Shown here: piece by piece, positions 63,418-64,000 of the stretch
How the letters are laid out: each line of letters opens with the position of its first letter
Numbering within the stretch: position 1 is the first letter of the stretch
Assembly: GCA_004431415.1 (NCBI GenBank)
Contig: QPMI01000671.1
Location: 62,001-126,000, forward strand
Direction of reading: 5' to 3'
From: Cyanophora paradoxa CCMP329
Lineage: Eukaryota > Plantae > Glaucophyta
DNA length: 64,000 nt
Position numbers and translations under genes: made by a program
The notes under the pieces: generated by a model
The model's input: the letters and a program-made list of their open reading frames with translations, nothing else
The model's database searches: none
Told to the model about the DNA's origin: nothing

Positions 63418-64000
63418 CAAAAGTCATGATCTGCATTGACGTGACATGTGATGTTCGCTAGCTGTCAACTAGGGGCACATCTCATGATCAGTGATATCTG
63501 TGATACGCTGGGCAACAATATTAATGAGTTGGCTATAGCTATTAACGAAGATCGAGTTCGCTCTATCAGTCGAGTGTGGCCCTTTCCCAAGGGCTCGGCC
63601 ATTCGAATTCCACCGGCCATATACCATGAGGCCCAAAGATGAAGCAATTCGACTCCCCGAACCCGAAGGCATGGCGATTAGTTGGCCTGACCATCATGGA
63701 CCTGACAACCGTTGAACTATGATCATGACAGACTCGGGATCAAGAATCACTGAGTCATTCATTGAATAATATATTGAATTCGTCTCTAGCTCTGCGCATC
63801 ACATGTACAGTGTCTCTGCGCATGAGCATGCGCAGCACCGTAGTATAGCCTGCTGGCGTGCGCAGTGTCACGCTGTGACAGTCTCACTGAGTCAAGCCTT
63901 GATCATGAAGCTTGAAGCTTGACGTCGACTCCAACTTTAAATTTGGCCAAACTTGAAATGTGGGAAAGGTGCCCGCGGCCCCATGGCCAGCTCGCCGCGC

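Overview
Eukaryotic nuclear DNA: very GC-rich, gene-dense, and broken by many short (about 50-90 nt) spliceosomal introns. Most long ORFs in the supplied track are GC-driven shadows or exon/intron chimeras. A plastid transit-peptide-like start (MNNAFVSPVP) plus centriole/axoneme genes suggests a flagellated alga with a primary plastid, possibly a glaucophyte such as Cyanophora (inference only). I spliced about 20 genes by hand: an MFS sugar porter, three paralogous membrane-anchored Kp43/TagC-type subtilases with an SEA-like module, a plastid membrane protein, an E/R-rich helical protein, an ARM-like protein, PI4K-beta, a putative Ig-fold transcription factor with TPRs, a micro-exon TEX49/SPMIP11-like gene missed by the ORF track, PP4R1, HAUS1, a CCA-adding enzyme, a SETD9-like protein, SNF1/SnRK1, MECR, a LURP-one-like protein, an ArfGAP and a CEP295-like protein. 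There is also a hAT-type MITE. The most notable signals are the SEA-tethered subtilase cluster (with gene conversion and intron turnover), unusual splice grammar (frequent weak GC donors, C-rich/G-rich intron halves), periodic GC skew, and hidden ciliary genes. Family assignments come from remembered motifs, not database searches. Exon boundaries are manual.
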